A stretch of DNA of 64,000 nt from a virus: the IMG/VR virus record IMGVR_UViG_3300030333_002885, positions 1 through 64,000 of that record; one strand, given 5' to 3'. Under the pieces are notes generated by a model that did no database searches, had not been told where the DNA came from, and saw nothing but the letters and a program-made list of their open reading frames with translations. A program made the position numbers and the translations under genes. Positions 29,510-38,356 of the stretch are shown here, in pieces; position 1 is the stretch's first letter; each line of letters opens with the position of its first letter.

Positions 29510-30370
29510 ATGTCTTTCGCATCGCTTAAAAAGCAATCATCTCTTGGTAGTCTTACTGCCAAACTTGTTAAAGAGGTTGAGAAAACCAATTCAGCAAACA
29601 AAGGAGATGAGCGACTCTGGAAACCAGAAGTCGATAAAGCAGGTAATGGTTATGCCGTTATCCGATTTCTTCCAGCACCTGATGGAGAAGATCTCCCTTG
29701 GGTAAAACTATACTCCCATGCCTTCCAAGGACCAGGTGGGTGGTATATTGAAAATTCACTAACTACAGTGAATCAAAAAGATCCAGTCTCTGAATTTAAT
29801 ACTCAACTATGGAATAGTGGAGTTGATTCGGATAAAGAAATTGCTCGTAGACAGAAGCGTAAGCTTTCGTACTACACTAACATATATGTCGTGAAGGATC
29901 CAGCAAATCCTCAGAATGAGGGTAAGGTATTCCTTTATAAGTTTGGTAAGAAAATCTTCGATAAGATTATGGGTGCAATGCAACCAGAATTTGAAGATGA
30001 GTCACCAATCAATCCATTTGATTTCTGGCAAGGAGCAGACTTTAAGGTCAAGATTAAGAAGGTAGCAGGATACTGGAACTATGACAGTTCTGAGTTTGCT
30101 GCAGTTAGTCCTCTACTTGACGATGATGATGCTCTAGAGGCACTCTGGAAGAAGGAGTACTCTCTAGCAGAACTTGTTGATTCATCTCAGTTCAAATCTT
30201 ATGATGAACTTAAGACTCGTCTTAATGCAGTTCTAAAACTTAATTCTGCACCTGCTAAGAAAGCAATTAGTGTAGAAGAAGAGTTAGAGGAGGAGATTCA
30301 GACTCGTCGTTCAGCACCAGCAGAAGAAGATGATGCATTATCATACTTCCAGCAGTTAGCTGAAGAGTAA
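29510..30370 (+). CDS. g32: Single-stranded DNA-binding protein gp32
   Basis: DERLWK, GNGYAVIRFLP, WYIENS, FGKKIFDKI, NYD.SEF, acidic tail; start at MSFASLKK. Confidence 0.95.
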   Translation: MSFASLKKQSSLGSLTAKLVKEVEKTNSANKGDERLWKPEVDKAGNGYAVIRFLPAPDGEDLPWVKLYSHAFQGPGGWYIENSLTTVNQKDPVSEFNTQLWNSGVDSDKEIARRQKRKLSYYTNIYVVKDPANPQNEGKVFLYKFGKKIFDKIMGAMQPEFEDESPINPFDFWQGADFKVKIKKVAGYWNYDSSEFAAVSPLLDDDDALEALWKKEYSLAELVDSSQFKSYDELKTRLNAVLKLNSAPAKKAISVEEELEEEIQTRRSAPAEEDDALSYFQQLAEE

Positions 30371-30378
30371 TATAAATA
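30371..30378 (+). promoter_or_regulatory. T4-type late promoter TATAAATA
   Basis: Exact consensus immediately after the g32 stop. Confidence 0.6.
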
Positions 30379-30381
30379 ACC

Positions 30382-30406
30382 AGAGGGAGTTTACTCCCTC
30401 TTTTTT
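30382..30406 (+). terminator. Rho-independent terminator after g32
   Basis: AGAGGGAG-TTTA-CTCCCTCT-T5. Confidence 0.85.
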
Positions 30407-30425
30407 GTACAATTTAAATAGAAAA

Positions 30426-30596
30426 ATGGCAGCATACAAAGGAGATCATTACATCGCCAGCTTTGACGATGGTAATAATGCTAACACTCAGAAAATCGAC
30501 ATCTATGGTAAAGATGATGCTGATGCTAGAGCAAAAGTTTTACTTGCATATCCTTGGGCAAAGAGTATTGTAATTGCAACAGCAGCTAACTCATAA
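30426..30596 (+). CDS. Hypothetical protein
   Basis: ATG at 30426; coupled to the next gene. Confidence 0.55.
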   Translation: MAAYKGDHYIASFDDGNNANTQKIDIYGKDDADARAKVLLAYPWAKSIVIATAANS

Positions 30597-31000
30597 TGGC
30601 ACGAGATAAAGTCATAGTCTTTAATGGCGTAGATGGCAAGTGTAGAGTGGTAATCCCCACGGTGGATTGCACTCTATCGGACGATGCTATCATTTCTAAA
30701 GATATCTCTGCTTCAGAGTATTCTTTAATTGATGCATCTGATTTGCCCAATACTGCATTTAGATCAGCATGGAAGTATTACCATGACAGTAAGAATGTTA
30801 TTGCTGAATTAGCAGATGCCAAAACTATTACTAAAGAAATTTTAGAGACAAGATATCTTGCTACTAAGAAAGAAAACGAAGATATACAGTCAATAGCAGA
30901 CATGAAGGGTGAGTCTGCATCTCTTAAATCAAACCCTGCAGTACCATATTCTACAATTACTAACGCTACCTCTGTATCCCAACTTGAAGCACTCTTGTAA
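30596..31000 (+). CDS. Hypothetical protein, possibly tail-fibre associated
   Basis: IDASDLP...FRSAW motif. Confidence 0.55.
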   Translation: MARDKVIVFNGVDGKCRVVIPTVDCTLSDDAIISKDISASEYSLIDASDLPNTAFRSAWKYYHDSKNVIAELADAKTITKEILETRYLATKKENEDIQSIADMKGESASLKSNPAVPYSTITNATSVSQLEALL

Positions 31001-31620
31001 TGATCAGAAAAAGAACTCTCACTGAGAGAGCACAGACAAATGAGACCATGAATAGGTCTCATGAGGATCCTTTTTATATTTTTGCAATAAATGATGATGC
31101 TATTGCAAGATTAAGTAGATATGTTGCTACTATACCAGAAGATGTATGGATACCTGAGAAGTGTGGTTATGCTGATCCTAATTTAGGTGTAGATCCTAGA
31201 GATGATTATAGGGTATGTGATGTACATTGTCCTAAGACTGGATCAGATGTAGAAGTTATTGGACAGTCTTTGTTTAATGTAGTTAATAATAAGCATTACC
31301 AGTTTGATATTAATACCTTTGAATTTCAAATTCTTAGGTATCGTGCTGGTGGTCAGTTTGACTGGCACTGTGATTATGGTGTTGCTCCTAATAAGCAAGT
31401 CTGGAGAAAATTATCTATGAGTGTTCAACTCTCTGCCCCTGAAGATTATAAGGGTGGAGAGTTAATTATTGTGGATTATTTTAATAAGCATTGTCAGATA
31501 CCTAATCCCCAAGGTGCTTGTGTTGTATTTGATTCTAGATGTCCTCATAGAGCACAACCAGTAACAGAAGGAATTAGATATGTTTTAGTAGGATGGGCTA
31601 GTGGTCCTAAGCTCCGATAA
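31000..31620 (+). CDS. 2OG-Fe(II) oxygenase (P4H/PKHD-like)
   Basis: FDWHCD, RKLSMSVQLS..DYKGGEL, FDS..PHR..PVT.G.RY.LVGW. Confidence 0.85.
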   Translation: MIRKRTLTERAQTNETMNRSHEDPFYIFAINDDAIARLSRYVATIPEDVWIPEKCGYADPNLGVDPRDDYRVCDVHCPKTGSDVEVIGQSLFNVVNNKHYQFDINTFEFQILRYRAGGQFDWHCDYGVAPNKQVWRKLSMSVQLSAPEDYKGGELIIVDYFNKHCQIPNPQGACVVFDSRCPHRAQPVTEGIRYVLVGWASGPKLR

Positions 31621-32266
31621 TATTAGGATTAAACGCTTTCTTTAGGTTACGACTCTTAGTCTGAGAGGAATCTTTATAACTTAATGCTTCTTTCATCTCT
31701 AGTATGAATGATGTTAGATACTCTCTTCTCATAAGTTTTATATTCCTTTTATCCTCATTTGCTCTAGTCTCAGCCATCCAGTTACTAATACCAAGAACTA
31801 TTTTCTCTCCAGATAATGTAATATTGTGATTGTCTGGATCTGGTATTGTAAAAGTTTTATCAACTCTTAGACCTTTTGGCATAACTAGTCTACCATTAGA
31901 GTCTTTAACTTCTATTGTTTCATAGAATTTTGTTGCGTTTAGATCTGGACCGTATTTCCTTTCACAATAATTATACAGAGTTTTACTACTCATTGGCCAG
32001 TCAGTTCTAGCATTAATAATATTAGCACCTATTAATACAATCCAATCTAGTGATGGATCTCCATATGCTTTATCAGCTACATCCATTGGTCTTTCACCAT
32101 CTTCAATAGTATATGATCTGAGGTATGCTACATTTGGTATCATATCATCTCTTATTTTTGCTCTTAGAAAAATATTCTTTGCAGTAACATAGTTTTCATT
32201 ATCGTAACTACTGGATAGTGGGTTACGATATTGTATATCTGGTAGTTGTGAGAAATAATGTGCCAT
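31607..32266 (-). CDS. g53: Baseplate wedge protein gp53
   Basis: YF...P.I.Y, GERP..VA...YGD..LDW.VL..NI; synteny with g48, g2, g4. Confidence 0.85.
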   Translation of the reverse strand: MAHYFSQLPDIQYRNPLSSSYDNENYVTAKNIFLRAKIRDDMIPNVAYLRSYTIEDGERPMDVADKAYGDPSLDWIVLIGANIINARTDWPMSSKTLYNYCERKYGPDLNATKFYETIEVKDSNGRLVMPKGLRVDKTFTIPDPDNHNITLSGEKIVLGISNWMAETRANEDKRNIKLMRREYLTSFILEMKEALSYKDSSQTKSRNLKKAFNPNIIGA

Positions 32267-32267
32267 T

Positions 32268-33272
32268 TTAGTATCCTACTCCTTTTAGTGCAAATGAACC
32301 ACCTTCACCATAATCTTCAGCATATATTGGATTAAGTTCTTGGAATTTTAGTTGTAATGTCAGATGTACAGGTGTACCATCAGGATATGTTGCATAAGTT
32401 CCACTACCTGTATAGTTTATACCCATACTGGCTAAGGCACATGGTTTAAAACTATTAAGGAAATCATGCTTGTTAGCACCTGTCATGTAAGTTATTCTAA
32501 AGATATCAGGTGCATTTAAAAATCCTGTTCGTGTTTTGGCTCTTTTAGGAGCCATTTTTTGTTTCAATGTTCTTATAATATCTTTAACCACACCTGCTTC
32601 TTGTTGATTTCTAGGTGCTATATCCCATTTAAAATCAAACCCTCTCATCTTAACACCTTTAAATATCAATTCTTCATTCTGGGCAATTGTTCTTCCAGTC
32701 GATCTTGATAACATAGACTCTACACTCATATTACCACCAGCAACATTAGCAACAGCAGCTGCTGCTTTTGCTTTAATTAGATCTATTACTTGGTTTGCTC
32801 TTGACCTACCACCAGGTTGCTTAAAGTTTTCGTTTATCCATGCTTCCCGATTGTCTGCGTTTGCCAAATCATTCCATGATTTACCCATCAATTTTCCAGT
32901 ATTAGCCGCTAACCATGCACTAAGATCATTTAATTGGTCTTCTCTCCAACCAGCAGCATTACTATCGTTAATACTTTTCGGTATTGGTAGTATTATTGTT
33001 TGATCTGCTACACCAGATACCATGTCTGATATATCTTGAGCACCTCCTGTTGTTATTCCACCTTGATCGAATAAACTGCTTAATTTATTTCCAGTACCAC
33101 CTCTAGGATATTTTAGAACTTCTATTTTAAAGTAATCTGTTGTCGAACTTATAATATCATATGGATACCTTAAAGTTTCACCCTTAGATTCTGCAACTGA
33201 TGAATTTGCATTGGATTTGGATGATAAACTATCTAATATATTAGATGTAAAATTTGTGTCTAGTGTCGCCAT
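32268..33272 (-). CDS. g48: Baseplate tail-tube cap gp48
   Basis: LRYP, E.IFKG...R.FDF.W...PRN..EA, L.FQEL.PI. Confidence 0.8.
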   Translation of the reverse strand: MATLDTNFTSNILDSLSSKSNANSSVAESKGETLRYPYDIISSTTDYFKIEVLKYPRGGTGNKLSSLFDQGGITTGGAQDISDMVSGVADQTIILPIPKSINDSNAAGWREDQLNDLSAWLAANTGKLMGKSWNDLANADNREAWINENFKQPGGRSRANQVIDLIKAKAAAAVANVAGGNMSVESMLSRSTGRTIAQNEELIFKGVKMRGFDFKWDIAPRNQQEAGVVKDIIRTLKQKMAPKRAKTRTGFLNAPDIFRITYMTGANKHDFLNSFKPCALASMGINYTGSGTYATYPDGTPVHLTLQLKFQELNPIYAEDYGEGGSFALKGVGY

Positions 33273-33286
33273 TACACACTATCTTT

Positions 33287-33640
33287 TTATGTATTTAGCT
33301 TGAATTTCGCATATGACAGTGATCTAGCATCTTGCACTTCTTGTCCTGCCATTAATTCATGGAATTCTCCTACTACTTCTGGCCATGTATAATTTCTCAT
33401 TTTACCCCAATGATAATTAAATCCTTTAATACCCCATCTTTTTATTTCCATACATGCTATTAGAGGAAATTCATCATATTCTATACCAACAGTCTTTGGT
33501 AGATATACGAAAGTATAGTATTTACCTGTCTCTGGGAGTATTACCTTACTATCTTGTAAAACATTTAAAATTTCCAGCATGGTATCTTCTGGATCTTCTG
33601 TTCCAATGAACTCATCTACAATTGGCTGCAGTCTAGACAC
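33287..33640 (-). CDS. g2: DNA end protector gp2-like protein
   Basis: GKYYTFVY.PKT...YDEFPLI...GFNYHW. Confidence 0.7.
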   Translation of the reverse strand: MSRLQPIVDEFIGTEDPEDTMLEILNVLQDSKVILPETGKYYTFVYLPKTVGIEYDEFPLIACMEIKRWGIKGFNYHWGKMRNYTWPEVVGEFHELMAGQEVQDARSLSYAKFKLNT

Positions 33641-34067
33641 CTAAATTATCCTCCGTTAGTATCTTAAATTCCATCATTCTATCCTTACAGAAGGTTGTTG
33701 CAGCATTCCATTTAGCCTGATTTTTAGTATATTCCATAACTTCTCTGATATATTTTTTCGTCTTAACCCTTTGTATGACTGGTTCCTTGCACTGTTTTTT
33801 CGGTTTAATCTCTATAATGTACTTCTGTAGTGATCCTGAACGATCTTTGAGTTTTATGTAGAAATCAGGGAAGTAACGATGAATTCTGTTGTCAAGAGGA
33901 GAACGATAAGGAATTATAACTTCTTCGCTACCCCATTCTAAAATATTATTATTTCTGTCACAATATTTCATAAACTTTCTCTCCCAGAGAGACCTATAAA
34001 TAATATTACGATGATCCCCTCGATATTTTGTAATATTAGTAGGTCTAAACCTTCCTGAATACGCCAT
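33633..34067 (-). CDS. g4: Head completion nuclease gp4
   Basis: AYSGRF.P.N..KY.GD, YRSLWE, EWGSEE, RYFPDF, EIKP, NQAKW; start at MAYSG. Confidence 0.92.
   Translation of the reverse strand: MAYSGRFRPTNITKYRGDHRNIIYRSLWERKFMKYCDRNNNILEWGSEEVIIPYRSPLDNRIHRYFPDFYIKLKDRSGSLQKYIIEIKPKKQCKEPVIQRVKTKKYIREVMEYTKNQAKWNAATTFCKDRMMEFKILTEDNLGV
33995..34002 (+). promoter_or_regulatory. T4-type late promoter inside g4, pointing at the divergent tail-tube operon
   Basis: Exact TATAAATA about 95 bp upstream of the 34098 start. Confidence 0.5.
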
Positions 34068-34097
34068 ATCATACACCATTTCTGTTAGGTATTTATT

Positions 34098-34991
34098 GTG
34101 ACCCGTTATCCAAGAGTCAAAAAGACAAGTCAAATTGTAAGTTTATTTCAAAAGGTTGCCACAACCAACCATTATGAAGTATTCTTTAGTGGTTTTGGTG
34201 CTATGACTAAACTGAGAGGTCATATAAGCAGTAGAGCACCATTAGTTAACAATTGGTTTATCACTAGAGATCTAGGTTTACTTTGTTCAGCAGCTGAATT
34301 GCCAGCAACATCTTTTGGTACAGCACAGATAGAAGGTAATAGGATGGGTGTGGTAGAGAAGATGGCTCATACTAGGATATTTACTGACACCTCTATGACA
34401 TTTTATTGTGATATGGATTATAGAGTGGTTCAATTCTTTGAATTATGGCAAGATTTTATTGCATCTGGTGGTGAAGTTGGAAGACAGTCTGGTATTAATA
34501 GAAAGATAGAGAAGGGTTATTACTACCGTATGCAATATCCACAGGAATATAAAGTAGACACTATAAGAATACAGAAATTTAATAAAGATCATTTTAGAAA
34601 TATTGAATATACTTTCCTTAATGCTTGGCCTGTTAATGTAACTTCAATGCCAGTTGCATATAATGGTAATAGAGTGCTAGAATGTACAGTAACATTCGCT
34701 TATGATCGTTACTACTTTGGTGCTATTGATAGTAGATCTCGTTCTATGGTAGGTTCAAATCTACAGAATGATGGTACTGTTGGTACTACTGTTGAAACAG
34801 GAGTAGGTGGATTTGCCGATCAGACTGGTGCTAACCTAAATGAAACGACTATTTACAAATTAGATGGTCTTGAGAAAACTGGATTTACACTTACTCAGGA
34901 TGATTTAGATAAAGCTAAGGCAGATAGAGCTATAAAAGATAATAGTGTAGGAGATTTCCCTACAAAAAGTTTTATAAATGATATTGCATAA
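34098..34991 (+). CDS. Tail-tube-like baseplate protein (gp54/gp19 fold)
   Basis: LC..AELP, TFY.D..Y....FFE.W, Y.FLNAWP..V..M, TVTFAY. Confidence 0.75.
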   Translation: MTRYPRVKKTSQIVSLFQKVATTNHYEVFFSGFGAMTKLRGHISSRAPLVNNWFITRDLGLLCSAAELPATSFGTAQIEGNRMGVVEKMAHTRIFTDTSMTFYCDMDYRVVQFFELWQDFIASGGEVGRQSGINRKIEKGYYYRMQYPQEYKVDTIRIQKFNKDHFRNIEYTFLNAWPVNVTSMPVAYNGNRVLECTVTFAYDRYYFGAIDSRSRSMVGSNLQNDGTVGTTVETGVGGFADQTGANLNETTIYKLDGLEKTGFTLTQDDLDKAKADRAIKDNSVGDFPTKSFINDIA

Positions 34992-34995
34992 ATTA

Positions 34996-35004
34996 TGCTA
35001 TAAT
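34996..35004 (+). promoter_or_regulatory. Extended -10 promoter for ho1
   Basis: TGCTATAAT ending 20 bp before the ho1 ATG. Confidence 0.6.
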
Positions 35005-35024
35005 ATACATGATGGAGTTTCAGT

Positions 35025-35717
35025 ATGGCATTAGCGAAAGATCTTAAAGAAGGGACTAAACAGTCTCACTCAGCAGCAGAGAATACAAAATTTGTATCAT
35101 CATTCCTGCGTGGAGTAGTTAATAAAGAAAAGTATAGGCAACTTGTTGCCAACTATTACTTCATCTATCAAGCGATGGAGGTAGAAGTACTTCGATTAAA
35201 AGATGATCCTATTGTAGGACCATTGAACATGAAGGAACTTTATAGACATCGTAGTCTAGCAAAAGACTGCGAGTATTTTTATGGAAAAGATTGGGACAAG
35301 ACGATCTATCCTACTGAAGCATGTCAACAGTATGTTAACCGTATCCGTGAAGTAGCACATGACGAGACTGAACTTCTTGTGGGTCATCATTATACTAGAT
35401 ATTTGGGTGATCTCTCTGGGGGTCAGATCCTTAGAAATATTGCTAAGAACGCTCTTAAGTTAGATGATGGTGGTTTAGACTTCTATGAGTTCCCTGAGAT
35501 AGAGAATAAGAAGGAGTTTAAAAATAACTATCGTGCTACACTAAATACACTGCCTGTGACAGAATCACAAGTATCTGCTATCGTATCAGAGGCAAACTAT
35601 GCATTTCGTCTGAATATGTTTATGTTTGATGAGTTAGATGGCAACGCACTCAAATCCACATTGGCTTACATATGTGGTATAATTAAAGGAAAAACTGATG
35701 CCACTACCAAAGATTAA
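35025..35717 (+). CDS. ho1: Heme oxygenase
   Basis: LKEGT..SHSAAEN, HHYTRYLGDLSGGQIL, EANYAFRLN. Confidence 0.96.
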   Translation: MALAKDLKEGTKQSHSAAENTKFVSSFLRGVVNKEKYRQLVANYYFIYQAMEVEVLRLKDDPIVGPLNMKELYRHRSLAKDCEYFYGKDWDKTIYPTEACQQYVNRIREVAHDETELLVGHHYTRYLGDLSGGQILRNIAKNALKLDDGGLDFYEFPEIENKKEFKNNYRATLNTLPVTESQVSAIVSEANYAFRLNMFMFDELDGNALKSTLAYICGIIKGKTDATTKD

Positions 35718-36414
35718 TGCACCAACCTATGAGATGGTGATTCCTTCTTCTAAGAAGAAGATTCGTTATAGACCATTTCTAGTTAAAGAAGAAAAGATCC
35801 TTGTTATTGCTATGGAGAGTAATAATATTAAGGAGATTGCTACTGCAGTTAAGCAGGTTCTTAATAATTGTATTCTAACTAGAGGTATTAAGATTGAGAA
35901 ACTATCTACATTTGATATTGAATATCTATTCCTTAATGTTAGGGGTAAGTCTGTTGGTGAGACTGTAGATATTAAAGTTACTTGTCCTGATGATGGTGAA
36001 ACTGTTGTAGATGCAACTGTAGCATTAGATGATATTAAACTTTTAGAGGATCCAGAACATACTACTGAAATTAAATTAGATGAAAAAATATCTATGAAGA
36101 TGAAGTATCCTTCATTGAATGAGTTTATTAAGGAAAATTTTGAATTAGAGAAAGTTGGATTTGATCAGTCATTTGAAATGATTGCTAGTTGTGTAGACAT
36201 CATTTATAATGATGAGGAAACTTGGAATTCTAGTGATTTTAGTAGGAAAGAGTTGATAGCATTTTTGGAACAATTAGGTTCTAAGCAGTTTAAAGAGTTG
36301 GAGAAATTCTTTGCTACTATGCCTAGACTGTTCCATGAGATTACTGTAGTTAACCCTAAGACTAAAGTTGAAAATACTATTCCATTGGAGGGATTAGCAG
36401 CTTTTTTCAACTAG
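35698..36414 (+). CDS. g26: Baseplate hub subunit gp26
   Basis: MPLPKI..P.Y, YRPFLVKEEK, FDIEYLFLNVRGKSVGE, LEGL..FF. Confidence 0.88.
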   Translation: MPLPKINAPTYEMVIPSSKKKIRYRPFLVKEEKILVIAMESNNIKEIATAVKQVLNNCILTRGIKIEKLSTFDIEYLFLNVRGKSVGETVDIKVTCPDDGETVVDATVALDDIKLLEDPEHTTEIKLDEKISMKMKYPSLNEFIKENFELEKVGFDQSFEMIASCVDIIYNDEETWNSSDFSRKELIAFLEQLGSKQFKELEKFFATMPRLFHEITVVNPKTKVENTIPLEGLAAFFN

Positions 36415-36416
36415 CG

Positions 36417-36599
36417 ATGTTGCATGAGGATCTTGTATCATACTACAAGATCAACTTTGCCCTCATGCAGCATCATAAATATAGCTTGAGTGATATTGAG
36501 AATATGATTCCTTGGGAGAGAGAAATCTATCTATCCCTACTAAAACAACACATTGAGGAAGAAAATTCTAAAAATCAGCAAGCTAACGCAGGTATGTAA
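36417..36599 (+). CDS. g51: Baseplate hub assembly catalyst gp51
   Basis: YYK.NFALMQHHKYSL..IENM.PWEREIY. Confidence 0.85.
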   Translation: MLHEDLVSYYKINFALMQHHKYSLSDIENMIPWEREIYLSLLKQHIEEENSKNQQANAGM

Positions 36600-38356
36600 T
36601 GGCAGTACAGGCAAGTAAAGTATTTCCGCAATCTAGTAGATCTGATCGTCAAAGAGCACAGAGTGCTCAAGATGCTAGTGGTGGAATTACTACGAAAGAT
36701 TATAATTCAATTACAAATAGTATAGCATCTATTAATAGAAATTTACTGGGTGTTCAGAAATTAATTGCTGCGGATTTGCAGCAAGATAATGAGGATGCTT
36801 TAAGAGAATCGAAAATTTCTAAAGCAAAGGCCGATGCACTTAAGAAAAAGAAGAAAGAAAATTTTATAGAGTTTGTTACTCAGAAAGCTTTAGTACAACC
36901 AGTTAAAAAAGGTGCTAAGGTTGCTAAGAATGTTTTCAAAAAGTTTTTTGAAGCTCTTGGTCTGGTTTTTATTGGATGGTTAGCTGATAAAGGTGGTAAG
37001 TTATGGAAGGCAATTCAAGAAGGTGATCAGGAAAAGATACAGGAGATGAAGAATAATATTATAGGAGGACTAGCTGTTGCAGGTGGTGTCTTATTTGCCT
37101 TGAATGGTGGTATAGGATTGATTGTTACTGGTATTGGTGCTCTTATTGGTACTATTATTTCTAGTATTCCAGCAGTAATAGGTCTTCTTGCTAATCCTCT
37201 TGTATGGATGGGTATTGCTGCAGCAATAGCAACAACGGATGTAAAATCTGGCACAGATAAAGAAATATGGGATATGGTAGAGAATGCTAAAGGTGATAGA
37301 TCTGTAGCAATTGCTGAGATGAAAAAGAGAATTAATGAGTTGGAACAGAGAAAAAATGAACCTGGATTTAATATTAAGGATGAGTTGGAAGTTAATACTG
37401 CTATAGCAGAATGGAATAGGCAATTAAGAGCATTAGAATTAGGATATTGGGGTACAGGTGATCCTAGATTCAGACATTCTGGATATGAAAGAACTAATAT
37501 TCTAGGTGGACATATTGGTAATGTTCAATTCTTTAATAAACATGATCGTTCATCCATATGGATGGATGATGATTTATATCTTGATGCTAAGAATGCTACT
37601 AAGACACCAGAAAATATTGCTAATTTAATTAGGTATCAGGGACATCTAAGAGATATGAGTCGTATACGACAGAATCAACTCAATCTTAAAAAGCAGTTAG
37701 AGAATGATAAAATACAAGGTCAAGATAGAGAACATATTAAGGAATTAATTAGGTTAGAACAAGTTAAATTTGAACAAAATTATGTTGCATCAGAGAAGAT
37801 TAAAGAAGGATTGGGTGAAGATCATAAGAAAGTGCTTGATACTTTATATCTAAGAATATTAAATTTGGATGGTGTAGGTAATAGGAGTGACTCTGAAGGT
37901 CCAGATAACAAGTTAGGTACTCTTGACGATGTTGTCATGAATCCTAAAGTTTATGAACAATTTGCTAGAATTCTGGAGAGAGTATATCCTGATACAAGAC
38001 CAGAACAACATATGGAGATGCCTATAGGTACTGAGGGTGTGTTAGGGAAAACTGAATCCTTAGAGGGTACTCCTCCAGGCAACAGTAAAACTAATAATTT
38101 CAGAGCTCCTAATCCTTTTGAGGTGGGTACTATTAATGGTACTAATGGTTCTAGTGAGACTAGTGTAGCAGTAAATCAGAGTACTGAAAAAACTCCTAAT
38201 TTTGAGTTTGTTCCTTTAGGTTTAGAAGATATACAAACAGTGGATAATAATGATACAGGAGAAGTTGATAATTCTTTAACTGGTGTTAAGTCTATTGCTA
38301 CTAGTAATAGTCAGAATAGTTTTGTGTGGCATTATAGTAATGTATATAACTCATGA
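36599..38356 (+). CDS. Putative tail/baseplate protein (tape-measure-like)
   Basis: Coiled-coil regions plus hydrophobic Gly/Ala segments; position after g51. Confidence 0.55.
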   Translation: MAVQASKVFPQSSRSDRQRAQSAQDASGGITTKDYNSITNSIASINRNLLGVQKLIAADLQQDNEDALRESKISKAKADALKKKKKENFIEFVTQKALVQPVKKGAKVAKNVFKKFFEALGLVFIGWLADKGGKLWKAIQEGDQEKIQEMKNNIIGGLAVAGGVLFALNGGIGLIVTGIGALIGTIISSIPAVIGLLANPLVWMGIAAAIATTDVKSGTDKEIWDMVENAKGDRSVAIAEMKKRINELEQRKNEPGFNIKDELEVNTAIAEWNRQLRALELGYWGTGDPRFRHSGYERTNILGGHIGNVQFFNKHDRSSIWMDDDLYLDAKNATKTPENIANLIRYQGHLRDMSRIRQNQLNLKKQLENDKIQGQDREHIKELIRLEQVKFEQNYVASEKIKEGLGEDHKKVLDTLYLRILNLDGVGNRSDSEGPDNKLGTLDDVVMNPKVYEQFARILERVYPDTRPEQHMEMPIGTEGVLGKTESLEGTPPGNSKTNNFRAPNPFEVGTINGTNGSSETSVAVNQSTEKTPNFEFVPLGLEDIQTVDNNDTGEVDNSLTGVKSIATSNSQNSFVWHYSNVYNS

